A stretch of 64,000 nt of DNA from Paenibacillus thalictri. GTDB taxonomy: Bacteria > Bacillota > Bacilli > Paenibacillales > NBRC-103111. Position numbers and translations under genes: made by a program. The stretch spans positions 403,309-467,308 of the forward strand of contig NZ_SIRE01000004.1 of NCBI RefSeq assembly GCF_004307995.1, in the 5' to 3' direction. The notes under the pieces are model-generated. The model ran no database searches and was not told the DNA's origin. It saw only the letters and a program-made list of their open reading frames with translations. Of the stretch, positions 1-11,067 are shown in pieces; the first letter of the stretch is position 1, and the number at the start of each line of letters is the position of its first letter.

Positions 1-3000
1 TACGAAGCGGCCTTGATCATCAAGAGGAATGGTTGTGCCATTCACATCCAGCTTCGCTCCGGGATCCGTCTGGCCGGTAATATATGCTTTGCCGTCGTCA
101 ACAATCGTACCGTTAAGGGAAATCGGCTTGCCTTGCGCATCATTGCCGCCGGATGCAATAAGCATCGGCCCCGTACGATCGATAAACAGCTTGCGGTATG
201 CCATCGTGCGGTCGCCTCGGCCGTTCGTCGCTTCAATAGAAAGGTTGTATTCGCGTTCTTTCAGCACACTTACGTTTAACAGTTCATTCAGCGCAAACGT
301 ATACGTCCCGCCTGCCGCCACTTGTCCGGTGCCAAGCTGCTGTCCATTCGCGGAAAGCGTCAGCGACGCATTCTGATCTGCGGCTACTTTCAGAGAAGCC
401 TGTTCAGCGGCTGTCGCCAACAACGTCCCTTCACTTCCGTCATATGACGAGTAAGTTTGCTCTTTAACCACGGACGAACCGGCATCAAGCGATAAGGTCA
501 GAGCGGCCGGCTGAGGAACTGGAAGCTCCGCTGTCACGCCCGCGGACTGAGGACTGAGCACTACACGTCCCTGCTCTTGTCCGATAGCCGATACGGTGAA
601 GGTGTACGAATCTCCAGCCGGCAAGCCGATAATAAGCGCTTGCTGCTGATCTCCCGTCTGCGGAGTCATATCCATAACCGGTACAGCCGTCTGCCCGTAT
701 GCTCCTCCGCTAGCCCAGATCCGGTACGTTGAGACATTGCCGGATATAGAGGCAAAACGCAGCGATACTTCTCCATTACCCGTCGAAAGCACCTCAGGGC
801 GCTCCGGCGTATTCAGCGTATAAGGAGCGGTGACTTCAACCGTTTTTCCTGCAACCGCATAAACCGGCGCTTTTCCGGTAACAGTACCCGCCACAGACAA
901 ATAATAAGTTCCAGGCATCGTCATCGCAGGAATGTCAATCGTTTCGCTGCCGGAGGCAGGACGATCTTCCGCAATGACCTCTCCGATCAGTTGATCGGCG
1001 CTATTCGTCAGCATTACCGTTACTTTCGAGTCAGGTGTCGTATTCTCCATCGACCATGTCACCTGAATCCGGTTTTCATTACCTGGAACCGGCGATACGG
1101 ATGCCTTAATGGAAGGAAGCGGCCGCAGCTTCTGGGTTTGAATATCGACGTGTTTGGCGCTTTGGATAGACCATTTGCCTGCCGGTGCATCCAATAGGGA
1201 AACGTACAGCATATCCCGTCCATCCTGCACAGGGTTCGGCGTTTCAACCTGCGGCTGCAGCGGATCGCCTGATCCTCCTCCGCTAGCCACGCGATCGGCG
1301 GCCGGCTGCAAGTAGGCGTTGCCGTCCGGCGTATTGAAATTCAAGGCCATCTGTTTGCCATCCGGAGAGATGATGACCGTATTGGCATCTCCTCCACTGA
1401 CTGTCAGCATGTAATTTCCGTTATCCGCAAGCTCGAAATTTCTCGTATAACGTCCCTCTGCAAACATCGGTTTGATCGATCTGAACTTTCTGGTAGCTTT
1501 GTAAGCAATCACGCTGGTAAAGCTGCTGCTTACCGCCTTCCATTCCCCGTCCAATTTAACCCCGTCCAGCAAAACGGTCAGCTTCCGCTGTCCTTCGTCA
1601 TAAGAAGCATTCATCCCGGACATATTCGGATCGGACTGGAATGCATACAGTTGTCCGTTTGGCGCATACAGCTTCGTCTGTGCATCAGCGTCGTAAATTT
1701 CGACAATCGCTTGACCATTGTCCGTGCTGCTCATTTTAAATACGTTAGGATATGCACCTGCCTGCAGCCACTGCACAACATCGCCTATCGTAGCTTTCTC
1801 AGACACGCTGTTCAGCGCTGCAGTCGGGCTGGTACCGGCACTGACAATCCACGTGCCCGCCTGCACCACATCGATCCGAGCGTATACATTGCCGTTAGCA
1901 TCGCGATACGCGTTCCAATCCGGCTGATTTTGCTGTGTTTGAAGGTTATAAGGACGTCCATCCGGTTTGTAAACAATAACTTCACCTTGCGCAGCCCCAA
2001 CCTTTAACACATAAGACCCGCGCTCCTCAACCGTAAGCGAGGTGACCGTCCGCTCCGGCGTCTGCATCCATAATCCGGCAAGTGCATCAAGTTTCATTGC
2101 CGGATCTGCAAACAACAGTTCATTGACGCTGATTCGACTGCTGCCTTTAGTGGCAAGCTTCCAAGTCCCCTTGTTCAGCGATACGCGCATGAATGTAATA
2201 TCACTGGCAGCATCGTAGAAGGTTTCAGCCGAAGAACCATTTATTACGGCAAAACGCTGATCGCCCGACATGGTGATGAACGCATTATAAGCACGTTCTA
2301 CCCTAAACTCGCTGGTCGTTTGGCCGTTTGACGCATTTGTTTCCACAGTGATCGCCGGCGTCCGATCGAGCGTTGTAAACTGTCCGTCTACCATCCGCGC
2401 CCTGACATTTTGGATTGCCGTATCTTCCGGCTGGAACGACAAGCTTACCGGCGTCAGATCGAATACCTTCTTCAGATCGTCAGCCGCCGCGATGTTAACC
2501 AGATTGCGCGAATCCGGCTTGATCAGGAACAATTCCTCCGCTATATCCAGCCAAGGTTGCGCTTTGTCCAAGAACTGGTCAACGCTGTTGTATAAATTAT
2601 TCACAAAATCGAGGCCCTTTTCCCACCAGGACTTCTTCGGAGGCTCCGCTTCTACTTCAAACAACATCGTATTGTTGTTAAATGTGTACTTCACATTGGC
2701 GCCGATGCCATTGTGCTTGAATGTGCCGTATATGCCGGTATTGTCAACGGCCATGATCACGTTGTTTACCGTTGCCCCGCCGATCCGCGGGATTCCTTTA
2801 GGGACATATACGGTTCCTTTGATCGCTCCGTCAAAGCCTTTTTTATTAAAGGAGTAGGAGGCGATCACTCCCTTGATCATTTCAAAGACGTTGATGTCCC
2901 CTTTTGCCAAAAAACCAGGGGAGGAGAACCCTTGAATTGCCGCTACCTTCGGATTTACCACGGTTTGCATGTTCATGTTGTTCACAGGGAACCAATAATA

Positions 3001-5994
3001 ATATTCGATGCCGGTGGCGGTAAAGCCAGAGGATGAAACATTCATATCGATCGAGTCGGTTCCAAGCAGATTAAACTTGTAATTCACCTGCGGATGCTTC
3101 AGCTCAGGGACAATAATATCGTTCACCGAACCTGTGACGGCAAGCTTTTGAGGGATTTCCGTTTTATCCGCCAGATTGCTTGCGCTGCCGAATAAATAGT
3201 TAACCTGAAGACCTGTGGAAGCCAGCTTCACCTTATTGTACATGCCGAAGCTGATGCCATCCAGTCGGCCTTGCTTGGTTTTCATGTTCAAATCGAAGCT
3301 GATATCCGTATCCGGCAAGCTGCCTATGCCTTTAACGCCAACATAAGGAATGCGGCTGTCCACGACAAATTGAGTATTTTTCGCATTAAAAGGCCCGATT
3401 TTAAAATCTTTGTTCATGTCGTACGTACCGGTCAGATCAAAACGGTTGTTGCGGAAGTTCATGTCCGTAACCGGTACGGAATTGCTCACTTTTTGGCTGC
3501 CCAACTGCAGGCCGACTTCCAAGTCCCCCGTCAAGCGCAAGCCGTCTTTGGCAAAAATCAGCTTGCTAGCCTTAACCGGCATACCGATATTTAAGTAATC
3601 GGCCGCTTCAGCGCCGTTAATGGCTATGGAGAAATCGTCGGACGAAAGTGTAAACGCACCGTCCAATAACGTATAGGATACACTGGCTCCAAGCGCTCCG
3701 TTGCCGTTGACATATAAGCGCCCTTCTCCGCTGATCGTGGATTTGCCGGTTATCTTATCTTTGGTTACGACAAGGTTACTGCCCTTGAACATCACCGAAT
3801 CATTGATTACCACCGGCTCCGATGTATCATCCAGCACATACTTACCCTCTGCTGACGGGTCTTCCGTAAACGGCCCTTGCAGCCCCAAGCTGTTCACCTC
3901 GTTGCTTGGCGATGTGCTCGGCACATCGACGCGGGCGAAGTTGCGCGGCTTGTAGAAATCAAGCGCGGTTATCATCAGTCCTTGGAGGGATACAAAGTCG
4001 GGCTTGTAATAAGCGTGATTCAGGTATACATCATATTTCCCCGGCGGCAAGTTCTCCGTCCAGGTTAGTTCCAACTGCCGGTCGTTGACGACATTATATT
4101 TCAGCGGATATTGCGTGCCGTTCTGTGCCTGTAAGAAGTAATGAATGTCACTTATCGGCTTGCGCAGTAAATTGGTGATCCCTGTCCCGACAGCCACAAT
4201 CTTCTTGGCGTCCTTCACATGGAGAACCGACGCTCCTACGCGGTTATATTCGACTTTCGGCGGCGTCATGTTGGGGTCGTCTTCCATGATAAAAGACTTC
4301 ACTGGAGTATAACTTGTGCCGATTTCATTAATTGCGTATCCGCGCGTCTCATACTTTTGGTGCCAGGTCAATCCTTTCAGTTCAACGGTAAAAGCACCCA
4401 TTCCGTCTTCCGAGACATCACCCGTGTACGGTACTTTAATCCATTGGTTAGCGTTTGTCTCCGTGTACATCCGGTACTCTATCCCTTGAGCGGTGATCGT
4501 TCTTGTACCATTGTCATACACATTGGTAATAACGCTGACAGAGTCATTCAGATGCAGCGGTTCAGTGTCAAAATTGATGATCGGATCGTTATCAAACCGG
4601 ACACCCGGCGCTGTCGGCGGCGTATAGCCGAATAACCAAGTCTCGTTCACATTGCCGGCAGGATAATTATCAACAATGGCATTTCCATCTAACGGAAAGT
4701 TAACGATATCAATCTTACCCCGTTCCCCGCCAAATACTACAAAGTTTTTCCCGTCAAAAGCCATACCCGCATTAGTAAGAGGAAAAGGCACTTTATTAGG
4801 AACAACTTGAGTATCATAAACCTTACCATCTTTCGCAGTCGCACTTTGGAATATCGATTCCGACCCTACACCTGTAGGTAGCGGATACTTTTCCCACTTA
4901 CTTCCGGTCCAAGCATATAACATCCCGCCCCTCATCGGAGGATACCTAGTCGAAGGCAGTTTCAGCTTCGGTACCAAATCCGCACTGGAATATAAATGAA
5001 CGTAGTCCCGTTCACCGCTATAGAGCACAACGCGGCGCCCGTCATAAGCCATCGCTTGACCCCAGCGGCCATAGCCTTCCGGTCCATCCACCGAGCTCCA
5101 TGACTGGGTATCCCGATCCCATTTCCATAGCAACGGAGAACTGTCGTCATGGGTATACGTCTTTGTTTCGGCGGTGCCTGCATAATCCTTAGTCACCGAT
5201 CCGATATCCCCGCCATACAGCACCGCCGTATAGCCGTCAAAAGCCATCCTGCCGTTATATGCAGGCGGCGGAGAAGGATTCCCTGACTGAGCTTGCGTCC
5301 AAGCGGATCCATTCCACAGCCACGTATCGCCAAGTATCGTCTTTGCATTTTCACTGCCGGAGTATCCTCCGTACAATACAAGCTGCTGACCGTCATAAGC
5401 AAGCTGCGCTCCACCGCGAGCCGAAGGTGAAACGGTCAGCCCGGTTACCTCTTCCCACGTGGCGTTAATGCCGTCCCACATCCATGTATCGTTAAGCAGT
5501 CCCGTTTTGCCTACACCACCAAACAGCAGTACTTTACCGGTGGACGGGTCGTAAGCCATAACCGCACCCTTCCGTTTAGGAGGACTCGGATCAAGCTTCG
5601 CCAGACTAGGACCCAACTGTTCAGTCCACTTTTTGTTATTTCTATCCCAAATAAAGGTCTCATCCAGCAAACCGCCGTCCGAACTGCCGTTTCCCTGACC
5701 GCCAAACATCACGATATTGTCTGCGTTCTCATCGTAGACCATCGTCATTGAGCTTCTGGGATTAATAGTCAGATTCGGAATGTCCACTTTACTCCATTTA
5801 TAGTCCGTGATTTTGGTAGTCCCCGGATTAGGACCGTATGTGCTTGAAATCGGCGTTCCGGTTCCGTAAGTTTGCCCCGTTACGGTGCCCTCCGCCTGCG
5901 CCGTGCTTGTCCCTCCAAACCACATAGGCATGCCCTGCAGCAATAACGCAGCGGTCAACAGCTTGGCCAGGCCGGTTTTCCATCGTTTTTGCAC
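1..5994 (-). CDS. Large secreted Kelch-repeat protein (partial; continues past window start). GTG start at 5994, signal peptide MQKRWKTGLAKLLTAALLLQGMPMWFGGTSTAQA, at least 5 Kelch/galactose-oxidase-type repeats, then >1500 aa of further extracellular domains
   Basis: Manual reverse translation from 5994 downward gives a continuous frame with RBS AAAGGGAGGGG 7 nt upstream of GTG. There is a hydrophobic signal peptide with AQA cleavage site, and repeated LFGG/MFGG...DTW(L/M)W(D/N)G motifs typical of Kelch blades. Coding-like sequence continues on the minus strand to position 1. The ORF track shows only short off-frame ORFs because the stop lies outside the window. Confidence 0.6.
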   Translation of the reverse strand, partial: MQKRWKTGLAKLLTAALLLQGMPMWFGGTSTAQAEGTVTGQTYGTGTPISSTYGPNPGTTKITDYKWSKVDIPNLTINPRSSMTMVYDENADNIVMFGGQGNGSSDGGLLDETFIWDRNNKKWTEQLGPSLAKLDPSPPKRKGAVMAYDPSTGKVLLFGGVGKTGLLNDTWMWDGINATWEEVTGLTVSPSARGGAQLAYDGQQLVLYGGYSGSENAKTILGDTWLWNGSAWTQAQSGNPSPPPAYNGRMAFDGYTAVLYGGDIGSVTKDYAGTAETKTYTHDDSSPLLWKWDRDTQSWSSVDGPEGYGRWGQAMAYDGRRVVLYSGERDYVHLYSSADLVPKLKLPSTRYPPMRGGMLYAWTGSKWEKYPLPTGVGSESIFQSATAKDGKVYDTQVVPNKVPFPLTNAGMAFDGKNFVVFGGERGKIDIVNFPLDGNAIVDNYPAGNVNETWLFGYTPPTAPGVRFDNDPIINFDTEPLHLNDSVSVITNVYDNGTRTITAQGIEYRMYTETNANQWIKVPYTGDVSEDGMGAFTVELKGLTWHQKYETRGYAINEIGTSYTPVKSFIMEDDPNMTPPKVEYNRVGASVLHVKDAKKIVAVGTGITNLLRKPISDIHYFLQAQNGTQYPLKYNVVNDRQLELTWTENLPPGKYDVYLNHAYYKPDFVSLQGLMITALDFYKPRNFARVDVPSTSPSNEVNSLGLQGPFTEDPSAEGKYVLDDTSEPVVINDSVMFKGSNLVVTKDKITGKSTISGEGRLYVNGNGALGASVSYTLLDGAFTLSSDDFSIAINGAEAADYLNIGMPVKASKLIFAKDGLRLTGDLEVGLQLGSQKVSNSVPVTDMNFRNNRFDLTGTYDMNKDFKIGPFNAKNTQFVVDSRIPYVGVKGIGSLPDTDISFDLNMKTKQGRLDGISFGMYNKVKLASTGLQVNYLFGSASNLADKTEIPQKLAVTGSVNDIIVPELKHPQVNYKFNLLGTDSIDMNVSSSGFTATGIEYYYWFPVNNMNMQTVVNPKVAAIQGFSSPGFLAKGDINVFEMIKGVIASYSFNKKGFDGAIKGTVYVPKGIPRIGGATVNNVIMAVDNTGIYGTFKHNGIGANVKYTFNNNTMLFEVEAEPPKKSWWEKGLDFVNNLYNSVDQFLDKAQPWLDIAEELFLIKPDSRNLVNIAAADDLKKVFDLTPVSLSFQPEDTAIQNVRARMVDGQFTTLDRTPAITVETNASNGQTTSEFRVERAYNAFITMSGDQRFAVINGSSAETFYDAASDITFMRVSLNKGTWKLATKGSSRISVNELLFADPAMKLDALAGLWMQTPERTVTSLTVEERGSYVLKVGAAQGEVIVYKPDGRPYNLQTQQNQPDWNAYRDANGNVYARIDVVQAGTWIVSAGTSPTAALNSVSEKATIGDVVQWLQAGAYPNVFKMSSTDNGQAIVEIYDADAQTKLYAPNGQLYAFQSDPNMSGMNASYDEGQRKLTVLLDGVKLDGEWKAVSSSFTSVIAYKATRKFRSIKPMFAEGRYTRNFELADNGNYMLTVSGGDANTVIISPDGKQMALNFNTPDGNAYLQPAADRVASGGGSGDPLQPQVETPNPVQDGRDMLYVSLLDAPAGKWSIQSAKHVDIQTQKLRPLPSIKASVSPVPGNENRIQVTWSMENTTPDSKVTVMLTNSADQLIGEVIAEDRPASGSETIDIPAMTMPGTYYLSVAGTVTGKAPVYAVAGKTVEVTAPYTLNTPERPEVLSTGNGEVSLRFASISGNVSTYRIWASGGAYGQTAVPVMDMTPQTGDQQQALIIGLPAGDSYTFTVSAIGQEQGRVVLSPQSAGVTAELPVPQPAALTLSLDAGSSVVKEQTYSSYDGSEGTLLATAAEQASLKVAADQNASLTLSANGQQLGTGQVAAGGTYTFALNELLNVSVLKEREYNLSIEATNGRGDRTMAYRKLFIDRTGPMLIASGGNDAQGKPISLNGTIVDDGKAYITGQTDPGAKLDVNGTTIPLDDQGRFV

Positions 5995-6363
5995 TACCGT
6001 TTCCCCTCCCTTTGAATGACAAATCCGGCATCGAATCGGTCTGCCATTTGATCCGCTATATCCTTGCAGATAAAATAATACATTTTTCGACACACTGCCC
6101 TTCCATTGTCTAATTTTGTAGCATCCATCATGCAACCATTATAAAAAGCAACTCTAAACAAACTATAAACAAAACGGGAAAATGACCCCCTTTTTTCAAA
6201 AAAACAATCAGCAAAAAGTACTAAACGACGTTCAAAGATACGCGAGCGTGGTTTATCGTTCCATCGGCAACCGCCATCCCGGCCGGAAACATGTCAACGG
6301 CGAAGAGAAGTTGTCTCATACGTAGTTTTTAACTGCGGTGCGACAGGCTCTTTTCCTCAAACG

Positions 6364-6410
6364 AAAAAGGTCGAATCAAAGCCTCATTTGGCTTTTGATT
6401 CGACCTTTTT
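6364..6410. terminator. Bidirectional rho-independent terminator hairpin between the oxidoreductase operon and the Kelch gene
   Basis: Near-perfect 15-bp inverted repeat GGTCGAATCAAAGCC/GGCTTTTGATTCGACC with a 6-nt loop. It is flanked by AAAAA on one side and TTTTT on the other. Confidence 0.6.
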
Positions 6411-6468
6411 CGAGCGGTTTCCCCTGTTACGAGGTTCACTTATTTAATAGAAGACTATGAAACCGAAC

Positions 6469-7770
6469 TTACAACTCATATCCTTGTTTCCCCATATAAT
6501 CGGAAACCGCGCCGCCTTCTACTTCACTTAACGTACAGCCCGACTTCGCGGCAATTGCCGCTGCGAACCCGATCGCTTCACCCATCGGGACCGCATTTCC
6601 CGTCACCCGGTAAGAGGCATGCGCCCAGAAATCCCCGCTTACGCACCGGCCCGCCAAGCCGAGATTGTCGATGTCCTCCGAGACAAGGCTGCGATAAGGG
6701 ATTTGATACGGCCGGGAAATCACATTTTCGTTGCTGTAGCCTATTTTATCTTGCGATTGCAAAGCATGAATGTCGACATTAAAGCGCACAAGGCATATGC
6801 CGTCTTCAAATTTGCGGCCTTGGCGCAAGTCTTCGGCGCACAACCTGTATAGTCCCTTCACCCGGCGTCCTTCCCGAATCCCTATATGCGCGGAGGTAGA
6901 GACCAGCCGTACTTCTTCCCAATCGGGCACTTTCCTTAACAGCTTAACGGCATCATAGATCTCCTTACGCCCGTTAATCGACGCCTCGGTGATATCCTCC
7001 GTAGAATCGCATTTCACCCCGTATTCATGATTCATCATGATAAAACAGAAGTCCGGATGAGGAAGCCGGAAAATACATGGAGACTGATAGCTGGGCTCAA
7101 TGCCCGCCCCATTCAGAAATCGGCGAAACTCTTGATGTTCGCTCGTCAAGCTCGTATTGCGCTGCGATTGGGGCACCCCGCTGATGATCGCCAGCATGGA
7201 AGCCGGCTGGGTTTTTCCCGTTGCCGGATGTCCGACTTCAAAAGCGCACCCCGCCCTTGCCGCCACATCCGCGCTGCCGGTCGTATCAATAAATACCTTT
7301 GCGCGCAGCGCTCGCCTGCCGCTATGCCCTTCGGTAATAACGGCGTCGATCTGACGGCCGCTCCTGATGACTTCCACCACCCGGGTATGCAGCTGGATAT
7401 CAACACCCGCCCCCTGGCACATCTGCTCCAGCAGCAGCTTCATGGTTTCCGAATCGTACGTAAACTCGGCCTTGTATCCGGTCGGCAGGTATGCTTGCTC
7501 TTGTTCCAACCGGCCAATCAGCTCCTGGAAAATCCCCTCCTTGCCGCCGCCGTCCAGAACAATGGACAAATTGCCGGATGTCCATATGCCGCCTAGGCAG
7601 CCCGCAAGTTCAATCAGCAGCGTTCGGGCCCCATTGCGGGCAGAACTGAGCGCCGCTGCAATCCCCGCCGGTCCGCCACCGCATACGATGACATCATATT
7701 CGGCAAATACAGCCAGTTTTCTTTCGCACTCAGTGACCCATGTTTCCGTGGAAACGTTCATGACATTCAC
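6469..7770 (-). CDS. FAD-dependent oxidoreductase (FAD_oxidored-type flavoprotein)
   Basis: N-terminal Rossmann dinucleotide motif DVIVCGGGPAGIAAALSSA...LLIE. 433 aa; sits in the sugar-transport operon context. Confidence 0.75.
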   Translation of the reverse strand: MNVMNVSTETWVTECERKLAVFAEYDVIVCGGGPAGIAAALSSARNGARTLLIELAGCLGGIWTSGNLSIVLDGGGKEGIFQELIGRLEQEQAYLPTGYKAEFTYDSETMKLLLEQMCQGAGVDIQLHTRVVEVIRSGRQIDAVITEGHSGRRALRAKVFIDTTGSADVAARAGCAFEVGHPATGKTQPASMLAIISGVPQSQRNTSLTSEHQEFRRFLNGAGIEPSYQSPCIFRLPHPDFCFIMMNHEYGVKCDSTEDITEASINGRKEIYDAVKLLRKVPDWEEVRLVSTSAHIGIREGRRVKGLYRLCAEDLRQGRKFEDGICLVRFNVDIHALQSQDKIGYSNENVISRPYQIPYRSLVSEDIDNLGLAGRCVSGDFWAHASYRVTGNAVPMGEAIGFAAAIAAKSGCTLSEVEGGAVSDYMGKQGYEL

Positions 7771-7779
7771 CCTTTCGAT

Positions 7780-8637
7780 CTACCCTTTTAGGCCGGAGCT
7801 GGCGATTCCTTCAATGATCCATTTTTGACAAATCAGATAAACGACAAGCATAGGAATCAGCGCACAGAAAGCGGCCGTGGAAACCAAACTGTAGTTCGTC
7901 CCGAATTCATCCGTATAATTCGTAATGCCTAACGGAATAGTGTACAGACTTTTGTCATGCAGAAAGATAAGCGGGCTTTCGAATTCATTCCAATGCCATA
8001 TAAAATTCAAGATGATGACGGTTACAAAAGCCGGCTTTACCAGCGGTGTAAAGACCCGCAGCCAGATGTACAGATGACCCGCACCGTCCAGCTTGGCTGC
8101 TTCCAAGTATTCGCCGGGCACCGTACGGTAAAACTGCCTCATCAAAAAGGTGCTCACCACATTCGTGAGGCCAGGTAAAATAATCGCCCAATGCGTATTC
8201 ACGAGATGCAGCCAATCAAACAAGATGTACCGGGGAATTAATAAAATTTGGTTAGGAATCATTAATGTCGCCAAGTACACCAGGAACAAAAACTCTTTGC
8301 CTCTGAATTCAATTTTGGCAAAGGCATACCCCGCCAGCGAACTGGTTGCCAACGTCCCGATGACGGTAATGGAAGTCAGCTTCAACGAGTTTAAGTAATA
8401 CAGATAAAACGGATATTTGCCCGTCCAGACTTCCCGATAGTTGTCCCAAGTGAACCGCGAGGGAATCCACTCCATCGGATACTTGAACACATCGATCGGC
8501 AGCTTAAAGGACGTGGACAGCATCCATAGGAAAGGAAGTATCATGATGATGCTGAAGGCAATCATGACAGCCGTATTCAATCCTTTGAGGCCCGACTGTC
8601 TTGCATGTGTCCACGCTTTAGCCATACGAATCTTCAC
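7780..8637 (-). CDS. Carbohydrate ABC transporter permease (MalG/AraQ-like)
   Basis: Six predicted TM segments and an EAA-loop motif (EAAKLDGAG...LRVFTP). Confidence 0.85.
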   Translation of the reverse strand: MKIRMAKAWTHARQSGLKGLNTAVMIAFSIIMILPFLWMLSTSFKLPIDVFKYPMEWIPSRFTWDNYREVWTGKYPFYLYYLNSLKLTSITVIGTLATSSLAGYAFAKIEFRGKEFLFLVYLATLMIPNQILLIPRYILFDWLHLVNTHWAIILPGLTNVVSTFLMRQFYRTVPGEYLEAAKLDGAGHLYIWLRVFTPLVKPAFVTVIILNFIWHWNEFESPLIFLHDKSLYTIPLGITNYTDEFGTNYSLVSTAAFCALIPMLVVYLICQKWIIEGIASSGLKG

Positions 8638-8700
8638 CGCCTAAAATTGATGTCGAAATGGAATTTCGCATCGGCTCCATCACTTGACTTAGAGCGCTCC

Positions 8701-9594
8701 CTATTCGTTTGTCCATTGTCTTTGCCGTCTCCATTGTATGAGAGTGATCAATAACAAGATGATAAATACGACCCATGCCATGGCGGACGCATAACCAAAC
8801 TTATAATAATTAAAAGCCGTGATGTAAATATAATAAGCCAGCATGGAGGTGCTGCCCGCCGGGCCGCCTTGCGTCAGCATAAAGATCGTCCCGAATACTT
8901 GGAAAGTGGTAATCATTAAAGTAACGACGATAAAAAATGTAGTTGGCCGCAGCATGGGAAGCGTAATATGCCAAAACTGCTTCCAAGCGTTTGCCCCATC
9001 GACCTCGGAGGCTTCATACAAATCGTTGGGAATACCTTGCAATCCCGCCAGGTATAGGACCATCGTGTAACCGATAAGCCCCCATGCGCCGATTAAAATC
9101 ACCGCCGGCAGCGCCCAGGTACTGCTCGAGATCCACCCGGGAGGATCGGAGATGCCAATCCCTTTGAGGAATGAATTGATGATTCCGTCCGAAGGACGGT
9201 ATAACATCCCCCACACAACGGAAACGGCAACTATGCTCGAAACGTACGGCATAAACACCATCATGCGGATGATGCTCTTCAAATAAACGCCCCGGTTCAA
9301 GATCAACGCGGTTGGCAGGGCAATGACCAGAATCAACGGAACGGTTACGGCCACATAAATGGCATTGTTTCGCAGCGACTTCACAAACCATTCGTCATGC
9401 CATAAATTCAGGTAATTGTCCAGGCCCGTCCACTTCAGAGCTTTCATTCCCCCCAGAAAACTCCATTCAGTGAAGCTGAGTATAACCGAAAATGCGATAG
9501 GAAGTAGCGTCAAAGCGATAAGCCCCACCATATTCGGCATAATAAACAAGTAACCGGTCAACTCTTCTTTATGCTTGCGTAACCATGTTTGCAT
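8701..9594 (-). CDS. Carbohydrate ABC transporter permease (MalF/AraP-like)
   Basis: Polytopic membrane protein with EAA motif EASEVDGANAWKQFWHITLPMLRP. Confidence 0.85.
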   Translation of the reverse strand: MQTWLRKHKEELTGYLFIMPNMVGLIALTLLPIAFSVILSFTEWSFLGGMKALKWTGLDNYLNLWHDEWFVKSLRNNAIYVAVTVPLILVIALPTALILNRGVYLKSIIRMMVFMPYVSSIVAVSVVWGMLYRPSDGIINSFLKGIGISDPPGWISSSTWALPAVILIGAWGLIGYTMVLYLAGLQGIPNDLYEASEVDGANAWKQFWHITLPMLRPTTFFIVVTLMITTFQVFGTIFMLTQGGPAGSTSMLAYYIYITAFNYYKFGYASAMAWVVFIILLLITLIQWRRQRQWTNE

Positions 9595-9649
9595 GTGTTC
9601 CTCCTTCGCAACAAGCGGGCCGATCCGTAAGAAAGACCGGTATCAGGGT

Positions 9650-11005
9650 TCATTTACGAGCCGCTTTGATGAGCTCATCCGCCCGCTTCTTCAAGTTCGC
9701 AAGAGTAATGTCCATGCTCTGGTTATTTAAGATGAATTTTTCCGTCTCTTCCTTAAGCAGTGTTCCCAGCTCCGGCCTTGCCGTATTATTCTTCGGAAAT
9801 GTAAAGCGATAATCTCCCGAATAATACGCTTTCAACGACGGCAGATCAAACAGTTCTTTGTTTTTTCCGGCCGTTGCCTCAACAACCGTGTTTACATCGA
9901 ACTTCTTCCAGCTTGGGACCCGGCCGAAAGGCACCATCGGCTCATAGCCGTCGGTGGAGTACCACTTGATAAATTCCCACGCTTCTTGTTTATGCTGCGA
10001 ATTGGTGCTGATCGCCAAAAAATCCTGCATGCCGAAACCGTTATATCCAGGCTGGCCTTGCGTCATATGTGGGGTCGGAAGTACAGCGGTTACAAAATTG
10101 TGGGGATACTTCTCCAAATCCTTGACGCTGCGAATCAGAAACGCTCCCCAGATCATAGCCGCTTTGCCCTTGAGGAATTCCTGATCGGGAGCGGGCTTGG
10201 ATGCGACTACATCGCCGTATGGCATGATCGATTTATCTATTTTCTCCATGCGTTCCTGCAGCGCAAAAATTTGTTTCCAGATCGGATCGTCAAAAGCGGA
10301 TGTGCCGTCCGCATGATACAAAAAGTCGGCTCCCTGCTGACTTAATGCCAACGTGTTGCCAAAGCTGGCCTTTGCATAATCAAACAAAAAACCGTAGCGC
10401 TTATTTGCCCCTTCGCCTTTGGTAAGCTTCTTAGCGAGGTTGGCGACGTCCTCCCAGGTCCAGTCCACCGGCGGCAGCGGTTCACCAATCTCGTCTAACG
10501 CAGTTTTATTGATCAGTATGCCATCAATCGCTTTCTGAGCAGGCACATAATAAATTTTCCCGTTAATAACCTCGGTATTACCTTTGCCGAACAATTCATC
10601 GAGATTAAAAGCGTCTTTGGCCAAAAACGGATCCAACGGTTCAACCACACCGGCCTCAATTCGCTTGTTTCTCAGATTGGGGTCGTAACCGATGAAGATA
10701 TCGACGTCTTTGCCCGAATATAAAGCGGTATCCAGCTTCGTATTGCCCGCGGAATCGTTCACAAACCGAACGTATTCCGCCTGTACATCGGGGTGAGCTT
10801 TATTCCAATTTTCCACGGCTTTGGCGGGACCGTTCTCTTCCGGCGTTCCTCCCCAAATTTTCAGTTTGACGGGTTCCTTGCCGCCGGTTGCGGAGCTGCG
10901 GTTTGCTTCCTTGCCTTGACCGCTGCCGCCGCTGCATCCCGTGGCGGCTAACAGCACACTAAGACACAACAACGCGACAGACCCCATCTTTTGTCTCGCT
11001 TTCAA
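9650..11005 (-). CDS. ABC transporter extracellular solute-binding lipoprotein (family 1 SBP)
   Basis: Lipobox LLAATGCSGGSG followed by a Gly/Ser-rich linker; 451 aa, typical sugar-SBP size and composition. Confidence 0.8.
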   Translation of the reverse strand: MKARQKMGSVALLCLSVLLAATGCSGGSGQGKEANRSSATGGKEPVKLKIWGGTPEENGPAKAVENWNKAHPDVQAEYVRFVNDSAGNTKLDTALYSGKDVDIFIGYDPNLRNKRIEAGVVEPLDPFLAKDAFNLDELFGKGNTEVINGKIYYVPAQKAIDGILINKTALDEIGEPLPPVDWTWEDVANLAKKLTKGEGANKRYGFLFDYAKASFGNTLALSQQGADFLYHADGTSAFDDPIWKQIFALQERMEKIDKSIMPYGDVVASKPAPDQEFLKGKAAMIWGAFLIRSVKDLEKYPHNFVTAVLPTPHMTQGQPGYNGFGMQDFLAISTNSQHKQEAWEFIKWYSTDGYEPMVPFGRVPSWKKFDVNTVVEATAGKNKELFDLPSLKAYYSGDYRFTFPKNNTARPELGTLLKEETEKFILNNQSMDITLANLKKRADELIKAARK

Positions 11006-11047
11006 TCCATATCAACCTCCTTGAGTAATTGCTACTTCAGTATAACG

Positions 11048-11067
11048 GCGGTTGAAAGCGGTTGAAA
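11048..11067. promoter_or_regulatory. Perfect tandem 10-bp direct repeat GCGGTTGAAA x2 in the promoter region of the SBP/permease operon. Candidate response-regulator binding site.
   Basis: Seen directly: gcggttgaaagcggttgaaa, located about 45-65 bp upstream of the SBP start and just downstream of the AraC-type response regulator gene. Confidence 0.3.

Noticed and set aside
5828-6031. 67-aa minus-strand ORF at the start region of the Kelch gene
   Set aside because: Different frame from the RBS-supported GTG start at 5994, which yields a proper signal peptide. It overlaps the true 5' end and promoter.
7027-7828. 189-aa and 153-aa plus-strand ORFs opposite the FAD-oxidoreductase gene
   Set aside because: Antisense artefacts within a well-supported gene; Pro/Arg/Ala-rich nonsense composition.
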